Source: Paragordius varius
Taxonomy: Eukaryota; Animalia; Nematomorpha
Assembly: GCA_964247055.1 (NCBI GenBank)
Contig: OZ176057.1
Location: 6,076,001 to 6,140,000, forward strand
Length of the DNA stretch: 64,000 bases
Direction of reading: 5' to 3'
The notes below the pieces were generated by a model, which was not told where the DNA came from, searched no databases, and saw nothing but the letters and a program-made list of their open reading frames with translations. Position 1 is the first letter of the stretch. Each line of letters starts with the position of its first letter. A program made the position numbers and the translations under genes. This document shows, piece by piece, positions 36,642 to 50,462 of the stretch.

Positions 36642-36724
36642 AATGTGTTGTTTATGTAATCAGCAGCCCGAAACGTAAACGAAGTCTATTGAAAAAGCGT
36701 AATTGAATATTATGGATGAACTCG
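36642..36724 (+). other. Exon-like cassette C, unit 2 (83 nt)
   Basis: TGTAG|AATGTG...GAACTCG|GTAATT; one difference from 56073-56155. Confidence 0.5.
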
Positions 36725-37554
36725 GTAATTAATTTAGATCAGATTTTATTTCTAGTTTTTCAACTTTACATTTTTTTCTTAAAATAAATAATTTTTTTTA
36801 TTAAAATTGATGAGTCGATTTTAATGCTCTTTAATTAAAGAAAATAATTGATTTAATTAATCATTCATTTTAATAAATTAATTATTTATACTAAACTTTA
36901 ATTTTAAAACATATTAGTTATTTTTATTAAGATATATAATAATGTTCCTTTAATTTTTACCGCAAAATAACAAAATATCACTTTTTTAACATACTTTATA
37001 ATTTTTTTTATATAACCTTTTTTTTGATCAGCTGTTTTTTGAATTTGATAGTTATAATTATTAATAGTTTCAATATATTTATTTTTTTAAAATGATTAAA
37101 GATTTAGTATTTGACTTTATATTTTATTTTATTTTTAGGGAACAATATAGTATCCACTTCATTGCTGCCATACCAATTAAACTATTTACGTATATATTTT
37201 TATTTACTTTTTACGTTAATAATAACCAATTGTCTAAATGTTTTTTATTTTTTCCTTATTATTCAGATACATCTGTTGTATTAATCAGTTGTTTTAATAA
37301 TCAGTTGTTTTATAATCAGTTTTTTTAGTTATTTGTTTTAAATAATCATTTATTATTAATCAGTTCTTCAGTTGTTTTTATTTATCGTTTGGTTTTATTT
37401 ATCGTTTGTTTTTATAAATCAGTTGTTTTTATTAATCAACTATAATTAATCATTTCTTTTAATTAATCAGTTGTAATTAATCAGTTGTTTTGATAAATCT
37501 GTTGTTTTTAATTATTATTTGTTTTTAACATTCAGCTGTTTTAATTAATCAGGG

Positions 37555-37685
37555 TTAAAGCACTTTAAGGGTTTCAGTTTGTGGGCTAGGGTTAGAGGAG
37601 ATGGATTGGAGTTGATTCATTTTCTCAAAGAAGTCCGCAGAACTTGCTCGGGCTACGAAGCAGACCCGAGACCCACGCATTTCTA
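37555..37685 (-). mobile_element. Twin-hairpin/telomere-like element copy
   Basis: Reverse-complement match to 21722-21840; substitutions retain pairing through G-T. Confidence 0.65.
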
Positions 37686-38149
37686 TTCTATAAATTTATA
37701 TAACCTTTTTTCTGACTTTTCTCTTTTCACAAAAAATTGCTCTCTTGATTAAGGTTTTTAAATAAATTTTTAAAAAACTCTTTTTAAAGTACATTTATGG
37801 TTTCTAGTTTTAAGTTAGTGTCAGGTTCTTAAAGAAGTCCGCAAATTAATTTATATATTGGTTGTTTGAGGTATATACGCAAAAACCTGTGACATAGACA
37901 GCTGATTTCTTTGAAACTTTTCATTTTTAAGGAAAAATTTCATATAATTTTTTAGATATATATTAGGATTAAAGTATCACGTGTTTTTGGTGTAATATGA
38001 ATCGTTTAAGCTGGTTTAAAATTTATATTTATAAAACCTCAATGTTAAACTCTAACCTATTACCGCTAATACTTGTGAATTAATCTTTATCTCATTTCTT
38101 ATGTCCCTTTAAAGCTGTTATTATGGTTTTTGAGCAAAATTTATCGATC

Positions 38150-38285
38150 TAGGTTTAAAGCACTATAAGGTTTTTTGAGTTTGTGGGCTAGGGTTAGGGC
38201 GAAGGATTGGATTTGGTTCATTTTCCTAAAGAAGTCCGCAGGACTTCCTCGGTCTGCGAAGCAGGCCGAGACCCACGCATTTCTT
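38150..38285 (-). mobile_element. Twin-hairpin/telomere-like element copy
   Basis: GGGCTAGGGTTAGGG...AAGAAGTCCGCAGGACTTCCTCGGTCTGCGAAGCAGGCCGAGACCCACGCAT. Confidence 0.65.
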
Positions 38286-39464
38286 TTTATATTAATTCTT
38301 TGTCTCTGAATTTTGTAGCTTTTGATTTATTTTAAGGAAGGTTATTCTTTTTTTTCCTATTGTTTAATTTTACACCATTTTATCTAAAAACTTAAACATT
38401 ATCTGAATTTTATTTGACCGCAAACTTTTTAATGCACTGATCAACGCTATTTTTATTGCGGTGTTCGTTGATAGAATATTAAAGGATTTCGAGTTTATGG
38501 GCTGGGCTTATGTAAATCAAAGCAATTCTTTATTTTTTAATGGTTTTACTAAAACTGCAATATAAAGCTAAATTTGGGTTTTATATATGGAAGTAAACTG
38601 CTAATTTGTAAAGTAACCGCAAAAATTTATATTTAAAGTAGAATAGTTTGAAAGCAAATTTTTTTGTTAGGACGGTTAAAACTCTTAATCTGGGCTTTTT
38701 CGGGGAATGAGCTAATTTTATTACGGGTTTTGAACAATTTTGTTTGGATATACGATCTAATAATATTTTTTATACATTCAGAAACAAAAACTTGACAGAG
38801 AACATAAAGACTCATCTCTCAATTTTATTTGACTACAAACTTCATTATTTCTGCAGTCTTTGATCATATGATTTTGGCTGATCGAAATTAAAAGCTCCTT
38901 GGGTTTTAATAATTTGTAAAGTAAAACCGCAAAATTTAAATTGAAAGCGATTTTTTTCTGCATTAGGACGCCTTTTCGGGACATTTCAGCTATTTTTTTA
39001 CAGGGTTTGATTAATCTAGTTAAATATTTTAAGGCGAGTTTGTGGGTTAGGGTTATGTGGGGGTTCATTTAGAGTTTTGTTGTCACTTTTATATAAATAA
39101 TTGCCGAATTATAAATAAACCGCAAAATAAATGTTATGCTATTATTTTCTAACCTCGAATCTAATAATATTTTTTATCATTTTTTATACATCAGAACAAA
39201 ACAAATTGATCAACTAGACATGAAATAAAACTAACTCACACAAGAATGAATATGAAACTAATGACTGAACTACACAAGAAAAACATACACAAGAATGAAT
39301 ATGAAACAATCACAATGAATGAAGAACAATTTATATAATAAGATTCAATAAATGATGATAATGTTTGATATCTTGTTTTTTTAAAAAAAATTAAAAAATA
39401 TAAATAAATATATATAACCCCCCCTCCCCCCAAAGGGCGAGAAAAAAAAATTAAAAAATATTCT

Positions 39465-39738
39465 AAGTCCAAAATTTTATTTTGAGCGTCCGGGAGTAAG
39501 AGTGCTCAAAATACAATTTTGGACTTGGGGGCCTGCAACAAACTCTCATTTTACTTGTGGAGAGTTTTTGCGCCAACTCTCTAATGGGAGGAATAAATCC
39601 TCCTTAACACAAGTAAGGAAAACAACTCTTTCATTAACAAGAGCTGATTTTCCCCACCCTTGTAAAGGAGGATTTATTCCTCCCATTAGAGAGTCATTTG
39701 GCCCAAAAACTCTCCACAAGTATAATGAGAGTTTGTTG
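39465..39738. other. 23-bp hairpin plus ~200-nt nested palindrome, unit 2
   Basis: Same as 12863-13136 at offset 26602. Confidence 0.95.
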
Positions 39739-40133
39739 TGCAATCATCCCCAATGAGCTCATTGAGTGCGTCTTGCCATCCATCAGCTCCAGGCACGATT
39801 TGCCTTCTCCCCATCGCCTTGTGTCAGGTATCGCCCAACAGATCTCTCCTCCCCAATGTGCCAAAGTCCATCAACACCTAAAAATTAAGATTACCTCGCA
39901 ATAAGTAGGTTCCTCTTCCTGTATCGCTCCATCAATCGTCCAGTCCCAAATCCCCAGCATTTGATCTGTCCAGGGCTTCTAGATTCCGCAATGTACGCTT
40001 TTCTCGCGGAGTTTATCCCATTACACCTAAATAATACATTTACCTCATAAAAAATTCCTTCGGTTCGATCCTTAATTCGCGTAACAATCCTTGGTTGATA
40101 GTCTTGATTCACGTCCCCATCCCTTGGTGCCAT
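39692..40133 (-). pseudogene. Mini-intron-containing decayed coding segment, unit 2
   Basis: Same as 13090-13531; 17-nt inserts at 39878-39894 and 40027-40043. Confidence 0.35.
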
Positions 40134-40877
40134 TGGAGAAGAAGGCCTAAAGCCTTCAAAATAGCTTTTTCAATCAGCATTTACATATAAATATTTTTCT
40201 GATTGCAATCATAGGTGCTTAAACCACTCAATAAATCCATATATGTACTTTTGTTTTCCAAATTGCAAATTACATAAACTAACAATTTTGTGAACACTTA
40301 AGCTTGTCCTTAGATCTTCTTTTTAATTAATTTTGAATTTCTTTATTAGCTCAATTCTATTTTATATGCTCTCTTTATCTATTAAATCAGCGGAATTGGT
40401 TGGAATATGCTAATATATTTTATATGGGGTGCTATACAATTAATGTATTGCCTGCATAAATATGATATATTAAATTTTGCACATGGAATGCACAAGTTCA
40501 TTTAATTCATCTGATTATCACTACGATTATACCGATGTCACTAGTCAATTTAAAGTTATTCCACAGAAATCTTAGCCCTCTTAATAATGAAAAAATATTT
40601 GGAAATTCTATTATCAAATACATAATAAATGGATATCATGTCATTTTACTTCAAAATTTTAAATTATTCCTAAGATGTGGAATATATAATTTTCCAGAAC
40701 CAATTACGCTAAAATATCGTTGAGCAAATCGCTGATTTTGGCTTACAAACTTGCACAGTATATTATATTATAAATTTAATTTAGGTTGACGTGTGCATAG
40801 ATGCTTTTGAAAATTTGAGGAGGGTATATTATTAACTGTGCAAAATATTTGTAATATTCCCCCTCACTGTAACACAG

Positions 40878-43800
40878 GCTTGTTTGCCCACGATCTCATG
40901 AGTTACGTATCGAAAAAAGAGGCGAGTAGTTCTGAACCGACTTTGCTTGAAATGGTCACCAAAGCAGTTGACATTTTATCCAACAAAGACGACGCCGGAT
41001 ATTTTTTATTGGTCGAAGGTATATATGATATATCGATAATTTTCATTTAATTTTAAAAATTTAAACCGTATATCTGAAAATATAACTTTTGTTTTTTTAA
41101 AATATATTGATTGTTTTATTTTTAAATATTTTTTTATTTAATGGTTTATTTTAATTGTTCAAGTAATAGTGTACACCAAACTGTGACTTATTAAATAATC
41201 ATTACAATACAAATTATCAACACATATTAGCAAAAAACAATAGGAACCAAAACAAAAAATTAATTTGCTTGGGTTTGAAATAGGAGCATTTATTATTTTT
41301 AGCCCTTTTCGTTCTTAATTATTATATCTATTTTGTAATTTAAAATAAATTAGCTATAAAATCAAAAAAATACTATTATTTTCCATATACAATAAGTTAG
41401 CCAAAATAAAATTATTTTTAGCAATTTTTTCAATTCGACTCCTTGAAATTTTGGCTATTATTCAAAGGATAAATAGGTCAAGATCGCTATACTGCTTTAA
41501 ATGCGCAAATTATGAAATAGGTTGATAATTAACACAATATATTTCATAGTTAATTAAAAAATAGTTTATATAGAATAAAAGTTGTAAAAAGTATGGTTGT
41601 TGTCTTTTAAATAATTATTTGTCTTTTTGTTTGTATAACTTTATTTAAAAGTTTCAATCTTATTTTAAACTACCAGGAAGTCGCATAGATCACGCACATC
41701 ATGAAGGGAAGGCCAGACTAGCTTTGGAAGAAACGCTAGAGTTGGAAAAAGTTGTTTCTTACCTCGTGGATCGAACTCAAAAATCAGCTGATCTGGATGA
41801 AGAAAATAAGACAGCTGATGAATCTGAAACGTTAATTATAGTAACAGCTGACCATTCACACGTGTTTAATCTTGGGGGCTATCCGTTAAGGGGAAACCCT
41901 ATTTTTGGTTAGTATTTATTAAAAATTTTGCTTTATATACCCTGTACTATATAATCACATGTTTAATGAAAAAGAATAAATACATATTCAGGCATTGGAA
42001 CCAGAACCGATTTTGATGAGATCAGTCCTTTCTTTTTTTTAATTTTTTTGGAACGGAATGGAATACTTATAATATTTGGTTATTTAATCCTTCTAATAAA
42101 TATGTAATATTTGCTGTTTTTAACATATTAAAATGTTTTATTATAATATTTCCTAACAAAGAACCTTAAATTGACTTTTCACAGGACATGCTTTTTTAAT
42201 ACCTTAAATTTTAGGTTTAAACCGAGAATATCTAACGCGGGAATTTGAATTATCGGATGTAGATGATATGCCTTATACACCGCTAACGTATGGGAACGGA
42301 CCTGGCGGGCTAAACACTAAAATATATAACCAAAGGCCCGATGTTAGAAACACAAAAATTGGTTTTTTACATCTATGAAGTTGTTTTGTAACTGCCATAA
42401 TAATACAACATTCTTTATTTCAATCTTAAAATTTAATTTGAAAAAAAAATAATTGTAAGTTATAAAGACAAAACCTAAAAACACATATGTTTCTTACAAA
42501 GAGTTTTTTATGATAATATAACGTAAATAAAATGTAAATAAATACAGTATGCATTATGATGCTTGCTTATTTCACAGCTCTATAGTTGGGGGCAATATCC
42601 ACAATAGTGTAACTAAATGTTGAATAAACAATTATTTCTTTCTTTTTTTTCGATCTTTTAAATGCACACTGTAATTGATTGTGCCACTAATATACATTTC
42701 TATATTTCTTAATCATAAAATTGAGGGTTAGAAAAGTATGGCTAAAATTAATTGTCTTTTAGCATTTATGATTGATTTTTATAATTTTAATTTTTGCTGT
42801 TACAATTTTTATAAAATTTATATTTCAGAGGGCAAAACATACTAAAAGAGTTATTACACAGTTTTAAGATTTAATATGGTTGTCTTTTGGTAAAACAAAG
42901 TATAAATTGGTACTTCAACATAATGGAAATTATTTTAAACATAAATTTTAATAACTAATAATCTTTGAACGTAAAAAGATCACAAAATTCAAATTTTCAC
43001 TAAAATATATGTCGAATTTTACTTTGTAGGAATATAAACTTTATTAAATTTAGTATTAATAAATTTTTATCAGATGATCCCGATTATCAAGCTCAAGCTG
43101 CTATACCTTTAAGTGAGGAAAGTCATGGAGGCGAAGATGTGCCTGTATATGCAATAGGTATTTATAAAACAAAATTTTCATTTAAACATTTCTATAAAAG
43201 TGTTTTAGGAAAAAAATATAAAAATATTTATTAAATTTTTTTAAAACTTATTTAGATCGTTGAGTTACATAGATATAAAGCAAAATTGAAATTATGCGGG
43301 TAAAAGGTAAAAATGTAATGACAATTTTTATTCGAAAAACACCATACTTTTAACATTAGTTTATTATATAAAAATATGTAAAAAAATATTTATCATTTAA
43401 ATATCACTTTAAACAATCAGTTCTAAAAAAAGATATTGTTAAAAAAACTATTTGACTTTGTTGCTAAATAACATATACAACAAAGGGCAGTATTATTGGC
43501 TTATAGTTATTTTTTTACTTTTTACTATCAAATAATTCTCTTTGCTACATATGCTATTTGGCAATAATTTATAGCTTTCCAGTAATATAAACTTGACCAT
43601 AGTGTATTTAAGTTTGTCCTTATAATTTAAAGTTTCATAATGTCTGTCGTTGTTTACTAAGGGATTACCTTATTTGTTTTTTGCAATTTTAAACAGATTT
43701 ATATTTCAAAAAATCAAAATTTAAAAAGTATGGTTGTCTTTTAAAAAAAGACATACATATGTTTTACGTTTTGTCTGTCCGTATAATTTAACTTTTTACT

Positions 43801-43943
43801 GTACTTATATTCGAATACGATATTGCTTAGGACGGAATGCTCATTTGTTTAGTGGAACGTTTGAACAACATTACATAAATCACGCCATGTCGTATGCCAG
43901 CTGTGTTGGTCCTTACATCCACGAAAAACATTGCTCAAAATAA
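40878..43943 (+). CDS. ALP: Alkaline phosphatase, 3' half only, open frame (copy 2; probably a partial duplicate)
   Basis: Exons 40878-41018, 41677-41907, 42215-42361, 43074-43157, 43831-43943. No stops. GPNAH becomes GRNAH. No upstream exons (GDG, DSA, HATP motifs) located. Confidence 0.88.
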
Positions 43944-44410
43944 TTTATTTTATTTTTTATTTTTTTCAAACACACCAAAATTATAAATTTCTTAGCTTTT
44001 TTGTGCTATTATATAGTTTATATAAATCAATATATCATTTATTAAAATATTATGAATAAATTGCAAAAGTGTTATATTTGGGTAACAATTCTAGTTAATA
44101 TTTACATTCAATTCTTTGGCAAAAAAATTTTAGTGTCCATATAATATAAGATCATAGTAATATTGTAAAATATGATTTGATACTCAAATAGCTGTTTAAT
44201 ATATCAAAACAATAAAAGTTTTTAAGGTTTGTGATAATCTTAACAACTAATAAAACATTAGTTTACAAATATCATATGCGTATAAAATGGCCTTTATTTT
44301 AACATAATTCTTTTGAATTGATAGATATATGCATGAAGTAAACGCTTAAAAATTACAAGTTCCAATCAAATCTTAAGGACTAGACCGGTCCTAAAAACAA
44401 AGTTAAAACA

Positions 44411-45169
44411 CTATTTTTTGCCCTTCTTCTTATTATCAGGCGAGGCTTTATCTTTTTTCTTTTGTTTGTCTTTGGAATCACTTGCGGGTGCCGGAGATTG
44501 TGATTCATCCCGTTTTCCACTTTTAGAGGTTTTTTTATCTTTTTTGGTTCCAGACGACGAGGATTTTGTCAAATCTTTCGTTTTACTTGATTTTTTGTCT
44601 GTTGTCCCTGATGCACTAATTTTAATGCCACTTTCTTTTTTCTTGGCTTTTTTGTCTACTAAATATGTAAATGATTTAGGGTAAATTATATTGTTAATCA
44701 GTCTAATTAGTATCCATCATAGTATGTTGCAAAGCAAGGGAATAGTGACGAAACTTTTTAACATAAAAGATACCAATTTCAGATCCTTTTAACCATGAAT
44801 TGTAACTTTCGTAAAAACTCTCCTTACAAAAATTTTATTTTATTCAAAAATTTTATTGAAACTTACAAAAAACCCCTTTATACAGACATATATTCTTATT
44901 GGACTAGCAAACACAGCATGTAAAATAAATCTACTAAGATTTTAGATGAACACAAATTCCATATAAATCCATACCATCAATGTCATGTTTTGAGCTTTTT
45001 TTGGAGGTTCCCTTATCATCGCCTCTACTCTTTGATTTGTGATGACTGCTTCCTTTTTTACGCTTTTTTTCATCATCGGAATCACGAGATTCATTAGGTG
45101 GCGTGTTTAATTCTGGGGTCGTCGTACTACCTCCTGGACTGCTTGAGGGGACTGGCTGATAACCTGTAC
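44411..45169 (-). CDS. Last two exons of the Lys/Ser-rich unknown gene (copy 2)
   Basis: Exons 45169-44975 and 44655-44411 (NAGNAG acceptor TAGTAG); open frame ending in TAG. Confidence 0.8.
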
Positions 45170-45619
45170 CTAGGGCAAAAGCAATTTGGTTTTATATTAA
45201 GGTAAATTTTATATCTAAGTAAATTTTTTGGAATATTGCTAAATTTCTGCCATAGTTTCAAAATTTTATAGGTTAGTTATATTTTTTTACATAAAATAAA
45301 GTTTAATATCAAAGCCGATTATTAGCAACATAATTTGAAATGAAAGAATGTATGTTAACGCATAATACGACTTCAGGCATCTCTCGTGATCAAGTTTTAT
45401 AATAAAATAAACTGCTAAATGGACTTTAATAATGATTTTGATTTGCAAAAACCGTTTAGTACTGAAATCAGTAGCTTGATACAAAAAATGAAGCAAAAAT
45501 GAGCATGGAACACTATGATACCCTAAATGGAACCGTGAAAGCAATAACATAGTTTAAAAAAATTCATCTAAAAAATATTTGCAATATTGATTTATGACTT
45601 GTGTGATAAATAAATTATT

Positions 45620-46174
45620 CAGAGTGTCCATAAACGTTTTAAGTTCTTTAGACACTCTAAGTTGTTACACTTTAAGTTGGTCCTTTAACACTTCGGTCCT
45701 TAAACACTTCAAGTTGGTCCTTAAACACCTCAAGTTAATCCTTAAAATTTTTAAATTTTGTATTAACCATAATTTTTGGATGTAGGTTTTATTTTATTAA
45801 TTTTTAACCTAATTCTGTTTATTTATTATATATTTATTCATTTAAAAAAAATAATTTATTCAAAAACCACTTTTTTAATGAAATAATTTTTTCCAATCCA
45901 ACAAAATTATAACTTAACATGTTTTCAATGAAAAATTGTAATAATAAACCAGAAACTTATATATAATTAGTCGTTAAAATCTTATAAATTCCAAATAATT
46001 TTAGGGAATTAATAAAGATTAACTTGCTTAATCATGAAGTTGATATTGATTTAAAATTTAAAATAAAAAATAAGTTAAAAACGATAAAATTGAATGATGT
46101 CCGAGTGGAAGATAAAAGTTAAAAACAAAACAAAAAAGTCAAAGGACAAACCTGAAGTGTTCAAGGACACTCTT
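45620..46174. mobile_element. Possible MITE-like insertion, absent from unit 1
   Basis: Left end CAGAGTGTCCATAAAC...AAGTT; right end reverse complement AAGAGTGTCCTTGAACACTTCAGGTT; subterminal GGTCCTTAAACACTTC repeats. No homology in unit 1. Confidence 0.4.
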
Positions 46175-47970
46175 AAAGTGCAATATATCCCACCATATCT
46201 ACCCGCATACAGTTCGATAAGGTAATCAAAACTACAAAAAGTAATAAACTTTGCCACAGTAAATAAAGGTATATTTTAAATCTTCAAAGTTAACAAACTT
46301 GAACACATTTAAAAATTTTATTTTAAATATTATTTGAATAATACCTTTTTTATTCTTTTTCCGTTTGCGCACAATATCACAAATCTTTTCATCCTTGGCC
46401 AACATTTGAATAAATCTGTTTAATATCTTCATCGAGTAGGAATGAAGGCAAATTCAATAGCCAAAATTTGAAAAAGGCCTATGTAATGAGACTAAAGAAT
46501 AATGTAATGACATTGTTTGCCAGCAACATTGTCGCAAAAACGGGGAGGAAGCCTTGTTTTGATTATATATGTTCGTTCCTATGATTTCCTACACAGATAT
46601 ATAGAGAAAAAACAGGAAATGATAAAAAAGGATTTAATTAGAAATAATGTTGGTTTGTTAAGGAAGTGAATTAGACAAATATGTGAAATATTTATCAGCA
46701 AAATCGTTACATATACAGTAAATATTAAAAAATACACGGAAAATACGTTATAAAATATAAAAACTATTTTTTTTTACAAATGGCAACCATATTTGCAAAC
46801 TTAAAAGATTTTTCAAAAAATTTTAAACATTTTCAATTGCAAAATAAGGGGTAGATATATTGATTGTCATTAAAGTTTACAAAGGTCAAAATTGTAAAAA
46901 CAAAAATAACATTTATATTTGCTACATACTGCAAGATCCAAATATTACGCTTAACTTCCATATTTGATACGGAATCAGGCCCACATTTGCTTTTCGAATA
47001 AAGTTGAAGTTTTAGTTTGTTCAATTCGTAAATCCATTGAAAACTGTAAAATATTTTCAACTAAACGACGCATTCTAAATGCCATAACTTTTTCGAAACA
47101 AAGTAAACATATAATGAACCATTCTGCCCGAAAGAGTAATTTTGTATTGTGAAGCAAATTTTTGAATTTATGTATGTATGAATACCACCTAGCATAAAAG
47201 AAATTAATTTGGATTAAAAAATTTGGACTTAAATAAAATTAGCTTATATCGTTAATGTTGATGTTTAAATATAATTTATGTAGTATGGCAAAAATATTTT
47301 TGACTCCAATAAAGATGAGAATATAAATAAATTTTTTTAATATGGATATTTTATATTTAAATTGTATTGATGCCTCTTATATATTACATCATGGGTAATT
47401 ATATCTGTGAAGGTCTGATAACTCATTCATATATATATATATATATATGGGTAAATATTATTATGATTTCAAGGTTATTTGCTTACCAATATTAATCACT
47501 ATTATACCAAAATAAAATAATAAAAGCTTTAAATAATTATATATTCATAAAATTATATAATATATATATATATGCAAGTTGACCAGATCCTCATTTTTTA
47601 ATCTTTATTATATATATTGAGAGTATTAACACCGATATTTACAATCCTTAAAATTAAATATTTTGACCTAAATTTTAATACTTTATTGCTTTACAAGTCT
47701 TCTTTTGAACCTAAAACAATTGCAATACCTTACATAGAGCTGAACTTTCAATATTGATTTTGTTCTACTACTATTATCTGAAAAATTTATTTTAAACTAT
47801 TTCGAATTTTTATTTGTGATAAAAATACTATATTATAACCAATTTTTTGGTTTCATAAATGGTTTTGTTAGGAATAATATCCTTGTTTGATAAAATTAAT
47901 TTTTGTATTTGTATATGAGCGATGTTATAGTGATTTTAATTAAATTTAAATCTAAAACAACAACGGATGT

Positions 47971-48060
47971 TCTTAGCCTGTTTCGCAGCCCGAAGAAGTC
48001 CTGCGGACTTTTTTAGATAAATGAACCAACTCTAATATCTAACCTAACCTTAGCTTACAA
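47971..48060 (+). mobile_element. Degenerate twin-hairpin element copy
   Basis: Paralog of 20921-21015. Confidence 0.6.
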
Positions 48061-48750
48061 ATAAAATTTCTATGAATCTTATTTGACGCCAAAAACATAT
48101 AAATAAATCTTGCACATATATTAATGATTAAATATAATTTCCTTATTTAACATTTTATTCTTGACACCATGTAACTTAGAGCAATGCACAATTTTTCCTG
48201 CAGAAACCTAAAATTTTTAATAATTAAACTTATAATGCCATGAATATACAATTAAAAAAGAAATAATTTTTGAATTTAGCTATGTTTATCATTAATTTCC
48301 TATTTTTAAATTTAAGTGGTCTAGTTTGGACAAAGCATTCTAGTTTTAAATAGTAATTAATTTTTAATTTTTTAAAAAAACATCTAAAAATAATATAAGA
48401 TTTGTTGGAAAAGTTTTATTTATTTGAAAATCAATATATAATTAGCAGAATACTTGCCAATAATTTTTAGCCAACACATTTTCATTAAAGTAGATAAAAA
48501 TTATATAACTATGCCTAAACTATATAATATATATATTAAGATTTGGATAATAAAAATTAAATGTAAACATTATGTAATCTTTGTAATTCCTTATAGCTTA
48601 ATGTATCCAATGCTCTTTACACCGATCTCTAATTATTTCCTAAAACAATTCAACATATTTTACCTATCTCTCTATTATAAATAATGTTAAAATGATATTT
48701 TTATATTCAAGTACATAATTATCCACCATAAATATAAGGTATAAGTAAAA

Positions 48751-48870
48751 AGAAAATGCGTGGGTCTCGGCCTGCTACGCAGCCCGAGGAAGTCCTGCGG
48801 ACTTCTTTAAGGAAATGAACCAACTCCAATCCCTCACCCTAACCCTAGCCCACAAACTCGAAACCTTACA
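48751..48870 (+). mobile_element. Twin-hairpin/G4 element copy
   Basis: Core identical to 21722-21840; G4 motif at 48831-48851. Confidence 0.65.
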
Positions 48871-50381
48871 TAAACTAAGGATTGAAATAATTTACATTTT
48901 TTACCATATAACCAAATATTTTTATTGGTTTTTTAAATCGTAGTAAAGAATTTGAAATGCCTATTGTTTTAAAATAAGATTTATATTCAGCTTTTTCAGC
49001 TAACGGGAACTAATTATTAAAAAAGTTGAGGAATTTATTGATATTTTTATCCAACATTGATATCGTGTTTTAGTTAGTTCATGTTATTGTCGTGTGGTTA
49101 TACATAATTATTAAATGAAGAAACTCTTTTGATTGATTTTTGAAAGATTAGTTAATATTTAACCTAAACTGTTGATTCCTGTTTAATTCTAAAGACATTT
49201 TCGCATGAACGATGTTTTAATTTTAAATAAAATTGTTAGGATTCAACCATTTCTCAATTGAGAATTATTACACTTTTAAAGGTTATTGAATGTTAAGTTA
49301 GCCATTCCCAGATATTCTGTATCGTTCTATGCTATAAAAAAAGTTTAAATTTTGGTTTAATACAGATAACTCTTAATGAAAAACAGATTTTCAGCTTTCT
49401 GTTTAAAAACTGAAACCAAACTTCTTACCTTAACCCTTATCCCCACAGGACATAACTTATTTTCAATCTTATTTACATATTTTTTTAATTGAATTAAAAC
49501 AGAATAATAACTTATATTTGATTGATTCCCATTTTAAAATTAATATATATATTAGTATAAATTAATAGAGAATTATCATATATTGGTAATTATCGTAAGC
49601 ACACTTTAAATATCTTTTACCTAAATAAACTATCTGTGATGATTGATTTTAATGAAATGGAAATCCAAAAAAATCAGAGCTCTTGTTGTTGAAAGCTTAT
49701 TATATGATGTATTTGATTTTAACATTAAATTGATATTAGTTGATTGCACAAAGCATAAAATTAAAATAATTATAAATCTTTTAGATAATAATCTATAAAC
49801 TTTTTAAAAACCATCTGCGTTATTTTAGAAAAAAAATTCCAAGATCACTAAATTATGAACCAATATATTAATCAAATTACACAGGTTAAAACTTAAATAC
49901 CTCTATTAAAATTTGTTATTTTAATATTGAAACAAATTAGATTAATTAATTAATTAATTAATTTTTGATGATATTAGCCATTTGTGTAATCAAACATTCA
50001 AGTATGAAAATAAATTTAAATTTATCATTTATTATTAATAGAGAGAGGGAGATTGTTAAAATATTATTGCCATATTTTTTTAACATATTTTTCTCTGAAT
50101 ACGATTTACATTCTTTATAGGCGCCAGCCAAATAACATTATTATTGTAATAATGAAAAAAGATTTATTTATATATATATGATGGATGGATGGATGCTATA
50201 TTATAATGTAATATGTTTTATTGGAATGTGCACATGGGGGGGAGAGGGAATAATAAAATAGAGGCGCCCAAACAATGTTAATGCGCAGTAAAGAAAGGGA
50301 GGGAATAAGTAATATAATACATAATAGGAATAATAAGAGAGGGAAACGAAAGATATGTGAAGAAACATTTTTCCAGAAGGG

Positions 50382-50462
50382 GGGAGAAAAAGGCGCAAAT
50401 GCACACATTAATTTGATTGGATAAAAAGATTACATATACATTTCGGCCTATATAAAGGGCGA
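50382..50462 (+). promoter_or_regulatory. CCAAT/TATA promoter-like site, unit 2
   Basis: GATTGG...CGGCCTATATAAAGGGCG is conserved with 23341-23420. Confidence 0.45.
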
